This document shows positions 47,843 through 58,562 of a stretch of DNA of 64,000 nt, in pieces. The number at the start of each line of letters is the position of its first letter. Position 1 is the stretch's first letter. This stretch comes from a bacterium (lineage in GTDB: Bacteria; SM23-31): assembly GCA_965249485.1 (NCBI GenBank), contig OZ252239.1, positions 1,536,001 through 1,600,000 on the forward strand, in the 5' to 3' direction. Under the pieces are notes generated by a model. It was not told where the DNA came from. It saw only the letters and a list, made by a program, of their open reading frames with translations, and made no database searches. Both the position numbers and the translations under genes were made by a program.

Positions 47843-48562
47843 TCACAGACTTTCACCTCCATCAACGTATAATATTTGTCCCGTAATAAAATCATTCTTC
47901 AATAAATATTCCAATGCTGAAAGAATATTGTCGGTATTTCCTTTCCTTTTCATAGGAATCGCACTCGATCTCCGGTCGAGATATGTTTCATTCTCACCAC
48001 TGGGTGCTAAAATAATTCCTGGTGCAATGGCGTTAATTCTGAAATCAGGAGCGAACTCACAGGCAGCCATATATGTCAAATCGGCGAGCGATTTTTTTGA
48101 TAGGGTATAAGCAGCATAAGCATAATCGTTTTTTAATACACGTGAGTCGACAATATTAACGATGTGTCCTCTTTTGTATAATGAAGTAAATTTCTGAATG
48201 AGAAAAAACGGTGTTCTGCTATGTAGCACAAAATTGTTGTCAAACTGTTCTGGGGATGTTTCAGCGATATTTTGTTTTTCAAAGATAGATGCATTATTAA
48301 TTAGCAGTGAAAGATTTGGAAATGAGGTATGAATACGCTTCATAAATCCGCCTATATTACGATCATTGATAAAATCGTATTGGAATAATTCGCAGTTAAC
48401 ACCAAACTTCCGGGCTTTTTCAGCAGATTCAACAGCGGCTTGCTTTGACGTATTATAATGAAGCGCAATATCAAATCCCATCTCCGCAAGGAAAATGACT
48501 ATCTCTTTTCCAATTCTTCGTGCGCCACCAGTGATCAGTGCTTCTTTTTTAGATGTGTTCAT
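47843..48562 (-). CDS. Pteridine reductase-like SDR (FolM family)
   Basis: TGGARRIG, INNAS, YTLSK, NAIAPG, VDGG. Confidence 0.85.
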   Translation of the reverse strand: MNTSKKEALITGGARRIGKEIVIFLAEMGFDIALHYNTSKQAAVESAEKARKFGVNCELFQYDFINDRNIGGFMKRIHTSFPNLSLLINNASIFEKQNIAETSPEQFDNNFVLHSRTPFFLIQKFTSLYKRGHIVNIVDSRVLKNDYAYAAYTLSKKSLADLTYMAACEFAPDFRINAIAPGIILAPSGENETYLDRRSSAIPMKRKGNTDNILSALEYLLKNDFITGQILYVDGGESL

Positions 48563-48871
48563 TGTTGCAGGAAAGAATTAATATATTAATTTTTTGTTGA
48601 TATCAAATTCTGGGTTAATGTAATAATTTTATCAGCAATTAAAAAGAATATATACATAGTTGTAAATATGCTATTAATTTCAAAAGGATATCACATTGTA
48701 TATCAGTAATTATTTGCCTTCGTAATGCATGGGGATTTGTATATATATATCAAATAGTTATACACAACAAGAGTCCATATTTGCCATAATAAATTCTAAT
48801 AACTCTTGGAATGTCTCGAAATTGAGTGTATTTTCACCTAATGTAATGCAAAATTAAGGAATAATGAACCG

Positions 48872-49321
48872 ATGGACAATAAAGATAGTTCTCTCAGGTT
48901 AATCGATTCTCCCTGTACCTGGTTCAATATACGGAGGGCATCAAGGGCCGTTACACAGTATTTTGACCGAGCTCTCAGACCATCCGGATTAAAAGTGTCT
49001 CAGGGAAATATTCTCGGACGACTTTCTACACAGGGCAGTGTAACAATAGGAGAGCTTGCAGGTGAGCTTCTTATGGATAGAACTACATTGACCCGCAACG
49101 TTCAGATTCTTGAAAAGCGGGGTTTAGTGTCAATTGAACCGGGAATTGACCGTCGAACCCGTCTCCTCGAAATAACAGGTGCGGGATTTAATGCATTGAA
49201 GGCAGCTTTTCCTCTCTGGCGAGAAGCAAATCAGCAATTGATCAATGAAATTGGTCATACACAATGGCATGACCTTGTATCATGTTTGGCAGTTTTATCC
49301 GATTATACCAGAGTACAATAA
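48872..49321 (+). CDS. MarR-family regulator
   Basis: C..FNIRRASRAVTQYFD, MDRTTLTRN, DRRTR. Confidence 0.9.
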   Translation: MDNKDSSLRLIDSPCTWFNIRRASRAVTQYFDRALRPSGLKVSQGNILGRLSTQGSVTIGELAGELLMDRTTLTRNVQILEKRGLVSIEPGIDRRTRLLEITGAGFNALKAAFPLWREANQQLINEIGHTQWHDLVSCLAVLSDYTRVQ

Positions 49322-49419
49322 TTTTTACTGTACACTAAATAAGTGCAACAGTTTTGAAAGTAATCACACTTCTGCTCCTCATGTAAATTTATGGAGAAAA
49401 TTTACACCTGATTTAAATA

Positions 49420-50448
49420 TTAGAATGTCACAAACAGCGTTGCTCTTGGAATTATATCAGTATCAGGTGAAACACTTGCACTATTTTCGCTGTATTTTAT
49501 AATTTCAACATTTGGAATGATCTTGACCGTCGGTGCTGCATTATAATCAATTCCGGCAAGAATAAAATGGGACTTCGCTGTCGGATCGAATGGTATATAC
49601 GATATTTTATCACCTTCAGGATTCGGATCAAACATGCGGTCATACCGCGCAAATCCGGTTACCTTCTCATTAAATCTGTGTACGCCAAAAATTGAAAACA
49701 CATCTAATTTCAGGTCATCGGTGTTTGGACCGACTCTTCTGTTCTGGCGGATATAGAGCGCGCCGATGCGAAAGTCATCATTGCCATATCCGGAAAAACC
49801 CATGTAAGTCTCCCGATGTTTTCCATTAGGACGGTCGTCATAATCGACATATGCCTGAAACGTTAAACCCTTAACCGGATGAAAACCAAGAGATGCCGCA
49901 GATTTTTTGCCCTGTCCCACTTCCGAACTGTTTGCATTGCCATTACTGAAAAAGTAGTGGTAACTGACTTTTTGATTCGTATCGACATACCCTCTGAATG
50001 AAATGCCGAACTGCCGTGTGGAAATGAGCTTCTGGAGATCGGGTGGTGTTTTCTCTACTGGTCGATATCCCCATAATGGCTCAAGAAATGTAACAAACGG
50101 TGACGGTGATATACCGAGATAGATATTGTGGTTATTCTTTCTCCATCGCACATAACCGTCTTTAATAAACGGCTCCATCTTCGATTTGGTTGTGAAATCA
50201 CCTGCGTTACCCATTTCCAAACGGGCCCTGAATGAAAAATTTCCACTTAAAGAATTATCGAATGTCAGATAAATCCGACGGATCCAGAATGCATTTTCAC
50301 CTTCAATATCTTCATTGTGATTATTGGCAGCATAATAATAGTCGCCAAACATTAAACCAGAAAACTTTACATCATTTTGTGCGTAAGCAGTTTGGGCCAT
50401 AAAGACCAAGAATACGAATAAGCATAATCGTTTTAATAGAATCTTCAT
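49420..50448 (-). CDS. Outer-membrane porin-like beta-barrel (OprO/P-like)
   Basis: Signal peptide; FWIRRIYLTF; C-terminal F. Confidence 0.7.
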   Translation of the reverse strand: MKILLKRLCLFVFLVFMAQTAYAQNDVKFSGLMFGDYYYAANNHNEDIEGENAFWIRRIYLTFDNSLSGNFSFRARLEMGNAGDFTTKSKMEPFIKDGYVRWRKNNHNIYLGISPSPFVTFLEPLWGYRPVEKTPPDLQKLISTRQFGISFRGYVDTNQKVSYHYFFSNGNANSSEVGQGKKSAASLGFHPVKGLTFQAYVDYDDRPNGKHRETYMGFSGYGNDDFRIGALYIRQNRRVGPNTDDLKLDVFSIFGVHRFNEKVTGFARYDRMFDPNPEGDKISYIPFDPTAKSHFILAGIDYNAAPTVKIIPNVEIIKYSENSASVSPDTDIIPRATLFVTF

Positions 50449-50714
50449 TATCTATTCCATTTAATAAAGTTAAACGTTTTCTACAATTACCTTTTATCTA
50501 TAAATACAAAGTAGATAATTACCACAAAAAAACTCGGAAAATTTTAAATCGGATATGATATAATCAAACTAATCCGGATGGTTTACGATCCGAGGATTAA
50601 TATCCCAAATATACATAATAGGTAGGAAATATAAAAATAAAAAAAGAGTCATCAATGCTCATGATTCTTTTTTTATTTTGTTTTACAAAAATTTAATGTG
50701 ATACGTGTACTGTT

Positions 50715-51263
50715 TTATTTTTCCATATTTGAATCGTCTGATTCCTTGAGATCGAGCGCGGCAGAGTTGATGCAATATCTCAGTCCGGTCGGTTTGGGAC
50801 CATCTTCGAACACATGTCCGAGATGTCCACCGCAACGGCCGCACAAAATCTCTGTCCGTCTCGAAAACAGACTGTTATCTTCTTCTGTTTCGATGTTTTG
50901 CTCAGAAATCGGCTCCCAAAAGCTCGGCCAGCCTGTTCCGGAATCAAATTTGGAATCGGAACTAAACAGTTCGTTACCGCATCCGGCGCAGAGAAATACA
51001 CCTTTTCCCTTAAATTCGTTAAATTTTCCGGTAAATGCGCGCTCTGTTCCTTTTTTTCTTAGAATATAATATTCTTCGTCTGTCAGTAATTCCCGCCACT
51101 CATCATCTGTTTTAACAACTTTTTCACTCATAATGTTAGCCTCATCAGTAGATACATCCGTGTTTGGTTTTTGCGACGCGGGCACATTATTTTGTGCATA
51201 TCCACATGCACTGAAAAGTACCGCGCAGATAGTAAACGTATAAATAAATAAATTTTTCATCAT
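50715..51263 (-). CDS. msrB: Peptide-methionine (R)-S-oxide reductase, exported
   Basis: GTERAF, CAGC, SGTGWPSF, HLGHVF.DGP.PTGLRYCINS. Confidence 0.95.
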   Translation of the reverse strand: MMKNLFIYTFTICAVLFSACGYAQNNVPASQKPNTDVSTDEANIMSEKVVKTDDEWRELLTDEEYYILRKKGTERAFTGKFNEFKGKGVFLCAGCGNELFSSDSKFDSGTGWPSFWEPISEQNIETEEDNSLFSRRTEILCGRCGGHLGHVFEDGPKPTGLRYCINSAALDLKESDDSNMEK

Positions 51264-51287
51264 TGTTTCCTTTCTACATAGGAGTTA

Positions 51288-51313
51288 AACAGAGCACGGT
51301 TCAGAGAGGTTCC
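51288..51313 (-). promoter_or_regulatory. ECF-type promoter GGAAC-N18-GTT upstream of msrB
   Basis: Resembles SigR/SigH-type consensus. Confidence 0.4.
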
Positions 51314-51470
51314 ATGATGTTGTTTCTTATTATGATTCATTCCCAAAAGAACATTGCAGAAAACAGCTATTAATATCTTGGAAATAGAACCAGAATACTG
51401 TATTATGTACCGCAAAATTAAATTAGAAATTGATAAATATATATTTGAAGATTAATCCGGAGAGGCTTTT

Positions 51471-52400
51471 GTGACTCGTATCCTCAACTTGTTCAGCCGT
51501 CTGTTTGTTGTCTGGGTAATTCTTGGCGGCGCTGCTGCTTATTGGTATCCTGCATTTTTTACTCAGTTGCAGCCTTTTATGAACTGGTTCTTCGGACTGA
51601 CGATGTTCGGTGTGGGATTGGTCATCGATCCTCATGAATTTGTCACAATTATTAATAATTTCAGAGTGGTATTAATTGGGGTAGTCTCGCAATTCACTAT
51701 AATGCCATTTCTTGCGTTTGCCATTGCCTTCTTTTTTGGGTTTTCCGATGAGATTACTCTTGGCCTCATACTCACCGGTTCTGCTCCCGGTGCAATGTCG
51801 AGTAATATTCTCAGTTATCTTGCCGGAGCAGATGTTGCCTATTCCGTTTCTCTAACCACAGCATCTACACTTCTTGCACCGATTCTGACACCACTACTCA
51901 CACTTATTCTTGCACAAACGGTGCTTGAGATTCCATTCTGGAGCATGGTACTCAGTGTCTGTTTTATGGTGCTGATACCGGTGATACTCGGTATATCCGT
52001 TAAACGAATTCTTCACAATAAAGTAAAGCTCCTTGCTGTAGCCGCACCGGCTTTATCGACGCTATTTATTGTTATGATCTGTGCAGTCGTTATTGCATTA
52101 AACAAAGAATATATTTTGCAACTGGACAGATGGATTTTTCTTGCCGTGGTTGTTCTCAATATTTTGGGAATGACTATCGGATACACAGTCGGAAAAGTAT
52201 CCCGGTTCGATCTCTTAAAGAGACGCGCTTTAGCTATAGAAATCGGGATGCAAAATGCAGGTCTCGGAAGTGTGCTGGCACTCACCCACTTTAATGAGCG
52301 CGTCGCTCTTCCTGCAGTAGTCTTTATATTTATGTGTATATTTAGTGCTTCGTTTCTCGTATCACTCTGGTCACGGGAATCACGCGAAGACACAAATTGA
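51471..52400 (+). CDS. Bile acid:sodium symporter family transporter
   Basis: SQFTIMP, APGAMSSN, IEIGMQNAGL. Confidence 0.9.
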   Translation: MTRILNLFSRLFVVWVILGGAAAYWYPAFFTQLQPFMNWFFGLTMFGVGLVIDPHEFVTIINNFRVVLIGVVSQFTIMPFLAFAIAFFFGFSDEITLGLILTGSAPGAMSSNILSYLAGADVAYSVSLTTASTLLAPILTPLLTLILAQTVLEIPFWSMVLSVCFMVLIPVILGISVKRILHNKVKLLAVAAPALSTLFIVMICAVVIALNKEYILQLDRWIFLAVVVLNILGMTIGYTVGKVSRFDLLKRRALAIEIGMQNAGLGSVLALTHFNERVALPAVVFIFMCIFSASFLVSLWSRESREDTN

Positions 52401-52570
52401 ATTTTTAATATGAACAGATATTCTGGATTACTGAGCATATCTCAAAATTCCACTCTTTTATTTAGGTATTTTTTCTGAACCTGAGAGCAGCTTTGGAACA
52501 TGGAAATTCCTCTTCCGGGTGTGGTGAGTGGTGGTGAAACTGTACAATCTTTAATAATCCAAGTTAATGC

Positions 52571-55486
52571 ATGAATTCTTCAGGAAAAAAACAATTTACC
52601 GAAAAGCAGTTCCTTGCGGGTATTACTACTCTATTTCTTTTAATCATTTGCTCGGTACTCGTAATCAGCGGTTATCTCTTTGTTTCAAACAGCAATATAG
52701 ATGAAACATATAACCGCATTTTTCGGCTGCGTGAGCTCAGCTATCTGGTGATTGTACAGGACAAAGATGGTACTGAAAATTTTTATCAGGATATTGTTCA
52801 GAAGAACTGGAGATACACTGTTAATGATGAATTCGATACTGAAGAAGCTATAGTTGAATTTGAAAACATGGTTTCTGATTCTCTTCGGATTCATGTAGTA
52901 TCACAGTTGAAACGTGCCCATTCTGAAATAGTCAATCTTGAAAAAAGAGCTGCAGAATTGGTGAACAACAATCGGGAAGCAGCTCTTTCTTTGTTAGCAA
53001 GCAAGGAATATGAAAGCCTCAAAGATTTATTTGAAAACAGCGTTAATTCAATTGCGTCGCTTTCTGAAAAAGAGCTGAAGGTAACACTCGACAAGCAGAA
53101 ATTTGGTGCAGAGGTTGCACTATTTGCCCTCCTGATCATGGTCCCGATCTTGTTTATTTCCATTGTTATAGTGGAAAGATACTATAAAAGAAATCTTCAG
53201 GTATCCACAGAGCTCAGACAGGCAAAATCATTTACAGATTCGATTATCTCTAACGTACCTAATATTATTTATTCTAAAGACAGAAAATCGTGAGTGACTT
53301 TTATAAGCGCAAACTGTGAAAATTTGTCTGGATATCAACCCGCAGAGTTTTATGAAGATGAACGCTTGATGGAGTTGGCGGTTTTACCTGATGATAGAGA
53401 TTCCTGGTCGGGATTGCTCCATGATCATCAGGGTAACGGGCAGCGGAATGCCGAATACCGGATTGTAAAACGTGACGGTACTGTCTGCTGGGTTAATGAT
53501 TCTCTCATAGTTTCCGTCGATGGTGATGGAAGGCTAGAACGTATTGATGGCGTTATTTCAAATATTACGATAAGAAAGAAAGCTGAAACCGATCTTGACC
53601 GGATGCGGAATATGCTGGACCAGGGTCAAGACGCAATCTATATGATAGATGCAAAAAATGGACAAATTATTGAGAACAATCAGACGGCATGTTCCATGCT
53701 GCAGTATTCACAGGAAGAATTATTTACAAAAACCGTTTTTGATATTGATAAGAATATTCCTGATGATTGGCTAAATGATTCAGGGGGTATCTGTGTTCCA
53801 GACGGACAAAGTTTATATAGCGGCTGCCATATCAGGAAAGACGGTACTATGTTTCCCGTCGAGATAAAAGCAATTACAAAAAAATTCGATGATAAACAGT
53901 ATCTGTTAGCGGTTGTCCGTGACATCAGTGAGCGGGTCAATGCGGAAAACGCATTAACCGAAAGTGAAGAACGATACCGGCTTATATTTGAGAATACATA
54001 TATTGGAATTGCTCAAATCGATCTCAAAGGAAACCTTTTCAATACAAATAATGCTTTTTGTGATATATTTGGTTATTCAATAGATGAGATACAACAGTTA
54101 AATATAATCAAAATAATCCATCCGGATGAAATCGAGAAGTCGAAACAATATTTAGAAGACGCATTGAAAGGTAAACTGAACTCCTTTTCAGATGAAATGC
54201 GGTATGTTACGAAAGACGGCTCGATTGTGTGGCTCTATTATAACGTATTTCTTATCCGGAATGCTGCAGCCGAACCTAAGCATTTTATTGGTATCGCAGA
54301 AGATGTGACAGAGCGGAAGCAAATTCAGCAGGAAACTCTTAATACTTCGAAACTTGAATCACTCAGTCTCTTTGCAGACGGTATATCTCATGATTTTAAC
54401 AATATGCTAAACTCGATAGGTCTGAATGTTTCACTGGCTAAATTATCACTTGGCTTTAAGAAAAATGCAGAGAAAATTCTGACCGATGTTGAAGATGCTG
54501 TCCAAAATGCCTCCGTGCTGACGAAACAGCTGCAGACCTATGCAAAGGGCGGCTCGCTCTTTAAGGCGCCAACATCGATTAAAAAATTACTTCGTGAGAC
54601 AGTAAATTTTGCATTGCGGGGATCTAATGTGACGTGTGATTATACTATCCCTGATGATATTTGGAGTGCAAACATCGATTCGGGACAAATTAGCCAGGTT
54701 ATTCAGAATCTAGTTATAAATGCCGTACAAGCAATGCCAGATGGGGGTAATATAGAAGTTTCAACAGAAAATGTTGAAGTAGACGAGAGTCAATTATCAC
54801 GAGTCTTAGCCGGCAAATATGTTATTATAAAAGTGAAAGATTACGGAACTGGTATTGAGCCAAGTAATTTGAATAAGATATTCGATCCTTATTATTCCAC
54901 AAAAAAAGGTGGCAACGGGCTTGGTCTGTCTACGTCATATGCGGTTATAAATAATCATGAAGGTCACATCTCTGTGGAGTCTGTTATTGGTCAAGGGACA
55001 ATATTTTCTCTCACTCTGCCTGCAACCTTTCAGCCAATTGATGGAGAAAAAGCTGAGGTCAATCGACACTTTATTTCTGTCGAACCTTCTGGGAAGATCC
55101 TTATTATGGATGATGAAGATACCTTAAGCTTTGTTATGAGGAGAGCACTTGAATTAAAGGGCTTTACTGTTGAAACTGCCAGTGACGGCGATGAGGCATT
55201 TAAAAAATATATGCATTCTTATTTTGATGATTCTGCATTTGATTATGTCATTCTTGATTTGGTAATTCCGGGGGGAATGGGTGGAAAAGAGACTTTAGAC
55301 AAAATGTTGAGAGTCGATCCCGATGTGAAAGCGATACTCATGAGTGGCAACGTTAATGATCCTGTATTGCAACAACACAATCATTCTGGTTTTCTAGAGA
55401 TATTGCCTAAACCATTTAAAGTTGAAAAACTATTGGAATTATTAAATGAGATGGTGCAGGTCGGTGAAACTGAGCAAAAGAGTTAG
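52571..55486 (+). pseudogene. Hybrid PAS sensor histidine kinase/response regulator interrupted by an in-frame TGA at 53291-53293
   Basis: The two ORFs are in the same frame and abut; the stop falls inside a PAS domain; SHDFNN, GLGL and REC domain present. Confidence 0.75.
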
Positions 55487-55764
55487 AATGCCAAAATTCG
55501 CCGCATGAACAGAATTGTATCATCTTTAATTTTTGTTGTAACCAATGTGCTTCAGAAGTTATCGGGGGCACATTATTTTTTTGTCGTTAGATGAAAAATA
55601 GCATGATAACGATTGTGAGAGCTTTCTTACTATATAATAATAACAAATATATATTCTTGCGTTTAAACTTCCGAAGAAGTACTTTTATTCAAAATTAATG
55701 ATTGCATAAAATCCTCACGTATCAATTACAAAACTGATTTTCATACCCACTTATTTTCACTTCA

Positions 55765-58134
55765 ATGAAAAGGGAGAACGCAATGCAAATGTATCAGCAT
55801 CACCGTCTGGACATTTTGTTTTTGATAATAATTTCTGTTTTGCTTCTGAAATACTCAGAATCTTCAGCACAAAAAAGAGTAGGACCGACCTCTTCTGATA
55901 TACGCTTGCAGTGGTATCAGGAGCATGTATCAAAAAAGGCCACATCTCCTTTCAACAATCTCGAATGGCAATTCATAGGCCCAACGAATGTTAGCGGTCG
56001 AGTCACAGATGTTGCAGTGATGACGCCGCGCGGAAGTACGTATACTATTTTTGCTGCGACAGCGTCCGGCGGCCTGTGGAAAACAGAGAATGAGGGAACA
56101 ACCTGGGAGCCGGTGTTCGAACATGGTCCTTCTACATCCATAGGTGATGTTGCAGTAGCTCCATCGGATAGGAATATTGTATGGATTGGCCTCGGAGAGG
56201 CAAATATTTTCAGAAGTTCTATGGCAGGAGCAGGTCTCATGAAATCGACTGATGGAGGATCCACGTGGGATTTTATGGGACTCACCGGAACGCATACGAT
56301 TGCCCGGATTGTAATCCATCCTGACAATCCAGATATCGTTTATGTCGCGGCTTCAGGACATGAATGGACAAATAATGAAGAAAGGGGTGTGTACAAAACA
56401 TCCGATGGAGGAGTAACATGGGATAAGATTCTATACATCGATGATAAAACGGGAGCAATCGATCTTGTGATAGACCCTGTTGACAGAAACACTTTATATG
56501 CTGCATTTTGGCAACGAATCCGAAAGAAATGGAACGATCCCCGCAATGAACCGGGTAATTCAGGAAGTGGACTTTACAAGACAATTGATGGCGGTATGAA
56601 CTGGTTTGAAATCAATGCAGGCCTTCCAGATTCAGAGTATAGAGGAAGAATCGGTATCGATGTGTCACTGTCAAATCCAGATGTATTATATGCTTTCGTC
56701 GATAATTATGAAACGGCCGAGCACAAAGTACCTGAAGAAAGGGAAGACGGTTATGGCACACCGGATCGTATTATTAAAGGTGCTACCGTATACCGTTCTG
56801 ACAATAAGGGGCAAAGCTGGCGCCTGGTAAGCGAATCAAGTGAATACATGGAAGATCTTTCTTCCACGTACGGCTGGGTTTTCGGTCAGATAAGGATTGA
56901 TCCGAATAATGAAAATACTGTCTATGTAATGGGAATCGACTTAAATGTCTCCTATGATGGCGGCAAGACATTCCAGCCGTTGGAGGGAATGCATGGAGAT
57001 CACCATGCTCTATGGATCGATCCTGATAATTCGGAATATTTGGTGAATGGAAACGACGGAGGAATTGCAATTTCCTATGATGGGGGCCAAACATGGAAAA
57101 CGTTTTATGACAATTTACCCGTTGTGCAGTTTTTTAATATTGCATATGATATGGATGATCCGTTTCGCGTGTACGGTTCCATTCAGGACCATGGAAGTTA
57201 CCGCGGGAGTGTTGATCTGAGTGATGAAAACGGCAGTATCGATCCGGTCCCCTTTGAGCGTGCCGTCGGCGGTGAAGGAAGTAGTCATGCCGTGAATCCG
57301 ATTAATCCCGATATTGTCTATTCAGCAGGATTTTATGGAAGAATTCAGCGGACAGATTTTGGACAGCGTGATGAAAAAAATCTGCCGAAAACAGAACAGA
57401 TTTTCCCACGAGCCGAAACAGGAGAACAGCCGCTGCGAGGGCAGTGGGTAGCGCCGTTTATCATTTCTCCTCATCACCCCGATGTGATCTATCACGGAAT
57501 GCAGTATCTCTACCGGTCTCAATACCGGGGACTGACATTTGAGCGGATCAGTCCCGATTTGACCTATAATGATCCGGATGAATTAGGCGATATCAGATAT
57601 CAGACTATTCTATCGATATCAGAATCACCTTTAAAATATGGATTGATTTATGCAGGAACTGATGATGGCAGAGTCCATGTTACGGATGATGGCGGAAAAT
57701 CATGGTCGGAAATTATGAAGGGACTCCCGTACAAAAAATTTGTTTCACGAATTGTTGCTTCCGAATTCCGTGAGGGAACTGTATACATGGCTCTGAATGG
57801 TAAACGTGATGACGATTTTACGCCATATCTCTGGAAATCAGATAATTATGGGAAAAAGTGGGAGGATATATCAAAGGGAATTCCGAGCGGTCCGATCAAT
57901 GTGATTCGTGAAGATCCGCATCATGAAAATATCCTCTATATTGGTACCGACCTCGGAGTGTATGTTTCACGTAATAGGGGCGAGTCGTGGTATAATATTT
58001 CCAATGATCTACCGACAACATATGTACAAGATTTGATTATCCATCCACGAGAAAATATTATGATAATTGCTACCCATGGCAGGGGGATGTATGCCCTCGA
58101 CGTGAAACAAATTCAAAACTATGAACCGGAGTAG
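55765..58134 (+). CDS. VPS10/BNR-repeat glycosyl hydrolase-like protein
   Basis: IGP.N.SGR; many S.DGG.TW Asp-boxes. Confidence 0.85.
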   Translation: MKRENAMQMYQHHRLDILFLIIISVLLLKYSESSAQKRVGPTSSDIRLQWYQEHVSKKATSPFNNLEWQFIGPTNVSGRVTDVAVMTPRGSTYTIFAATASGGLWKTENEGTTWEPVFEHGPSTSIGDVAVAPSDRNIVWIGLGEANIFRSSMAGAGLMKSTDGGSTWDFMGLTGTHTIARIVIHPDNPDIVYVAASGHEWTNNEERGVYKTSDGGVTWDKILYIDDKTGAIDLVIDPVDRNTLYAAFWQRIRKKWNDPRNEPGNSGSGLYKTIDGGMNWFEINAGLPDSEYRGRIGIDVSLSNPDVLYAFVDNYETAEHKVPEEREDGYGTPDRIIKGATVYRSDNKGQSWRLVSESSEYMEDLSSTYGWVFGQIRIDPNNENTVYVMGIDLNVSYDGGKTFQPLEGMHGDHHALWIDPDNSEYLVNGNDGGIAISYDGGQTWKTFYDNLPVVQFFNIAYDMDDPFRVYGSIQDHGSYRGSVDLSDENGSIDPVPFERAVGGEGSSHAVNPINPDIVYSAGFYGRIQRTDFGQRDEKNLPKTEQIFPRAETGEQPLRGQWVAPFIISPHHPDVIYHGMQYLYRSQYRGLTFERISPDLTYNDPDELGDIRYQTILSISESPLKYGLIYAGTDDGRVHVTDDGGKSWSEIMKGLPYKKFVSRIVASEFREGTVYMALNGKRDDDFTPYLWKSDNYGKKWEDISKGIPSGPINVIREDPHHENILYIGTDLGVYVSRNRGESWYNISNDLPTTYVQDLIIHPRENIMIIATHGRGMYALDVKQIQNYEPE

Positions 58135-58278
58135 TTAACAGCTCGGACGCTCCATTTTTTATGCCATTCGAATAATATCACAGTATCATCAACATAGGAC
58201 AATTGCCCCGTTTTCCTATTCCTATACATTCAATCCTGGTCTTCATGATATAAATCTCCAATAAATTTCAATACTCGG

Positions 58279-58305
58279 TGTAACCTTTTCAGGTTTAACG
58301 CATCT
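58279..58305 (+). promoter_or_regulatory. ECF-type promoter TGTAAC-N16-CATCT
   Basis: Directly upstream of the DUF2892 operon. Confidence 0.45.
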
Positions 58306-58331
58306 GAAAAGATAAATGCAAAGATAATAAT

Positions 58332-58544
58332 ATGGAGAAAGTAATGTCAATCGAACATATCATTCGTTTATTTGCAGGTTCGTTCATACTCATAAGTCTG
58401 AGTTTAGGGTATTGGGTGAACGAATATTGGTATTTCTTCACCGCTTTTGTCGGATTGAATCTGATTCAGTCATCATTCACAAAATGGTGTCTTCTCGAAT
58501 CTATTTTGAAGAAAATTATGCAAAAGTCCGAAACTGCTCACTAA
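58332..58544 (+). CDS. DUF2892 (YgaP-like) membrane protein
   Basis: IRLFAG, FVGLNLIQSSFTKWC. Confidence 0.85.
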   Translation: MEKVMSIEHIIRLFAGSFILISLSLGYWVNEYWYFFTAFVGLNLIQSSFTKWCLLESILKKIMQKSETAH

Positions 58545-58562
58545 AAACATAGAGAGATCCTG

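Noticed and set aside
53291..53293. TGA recoding (alternative genetic code or selenocysteine)
   Set aside because: Many other genes in the window end normally at TGA, and the position is not a Cys/Sec site
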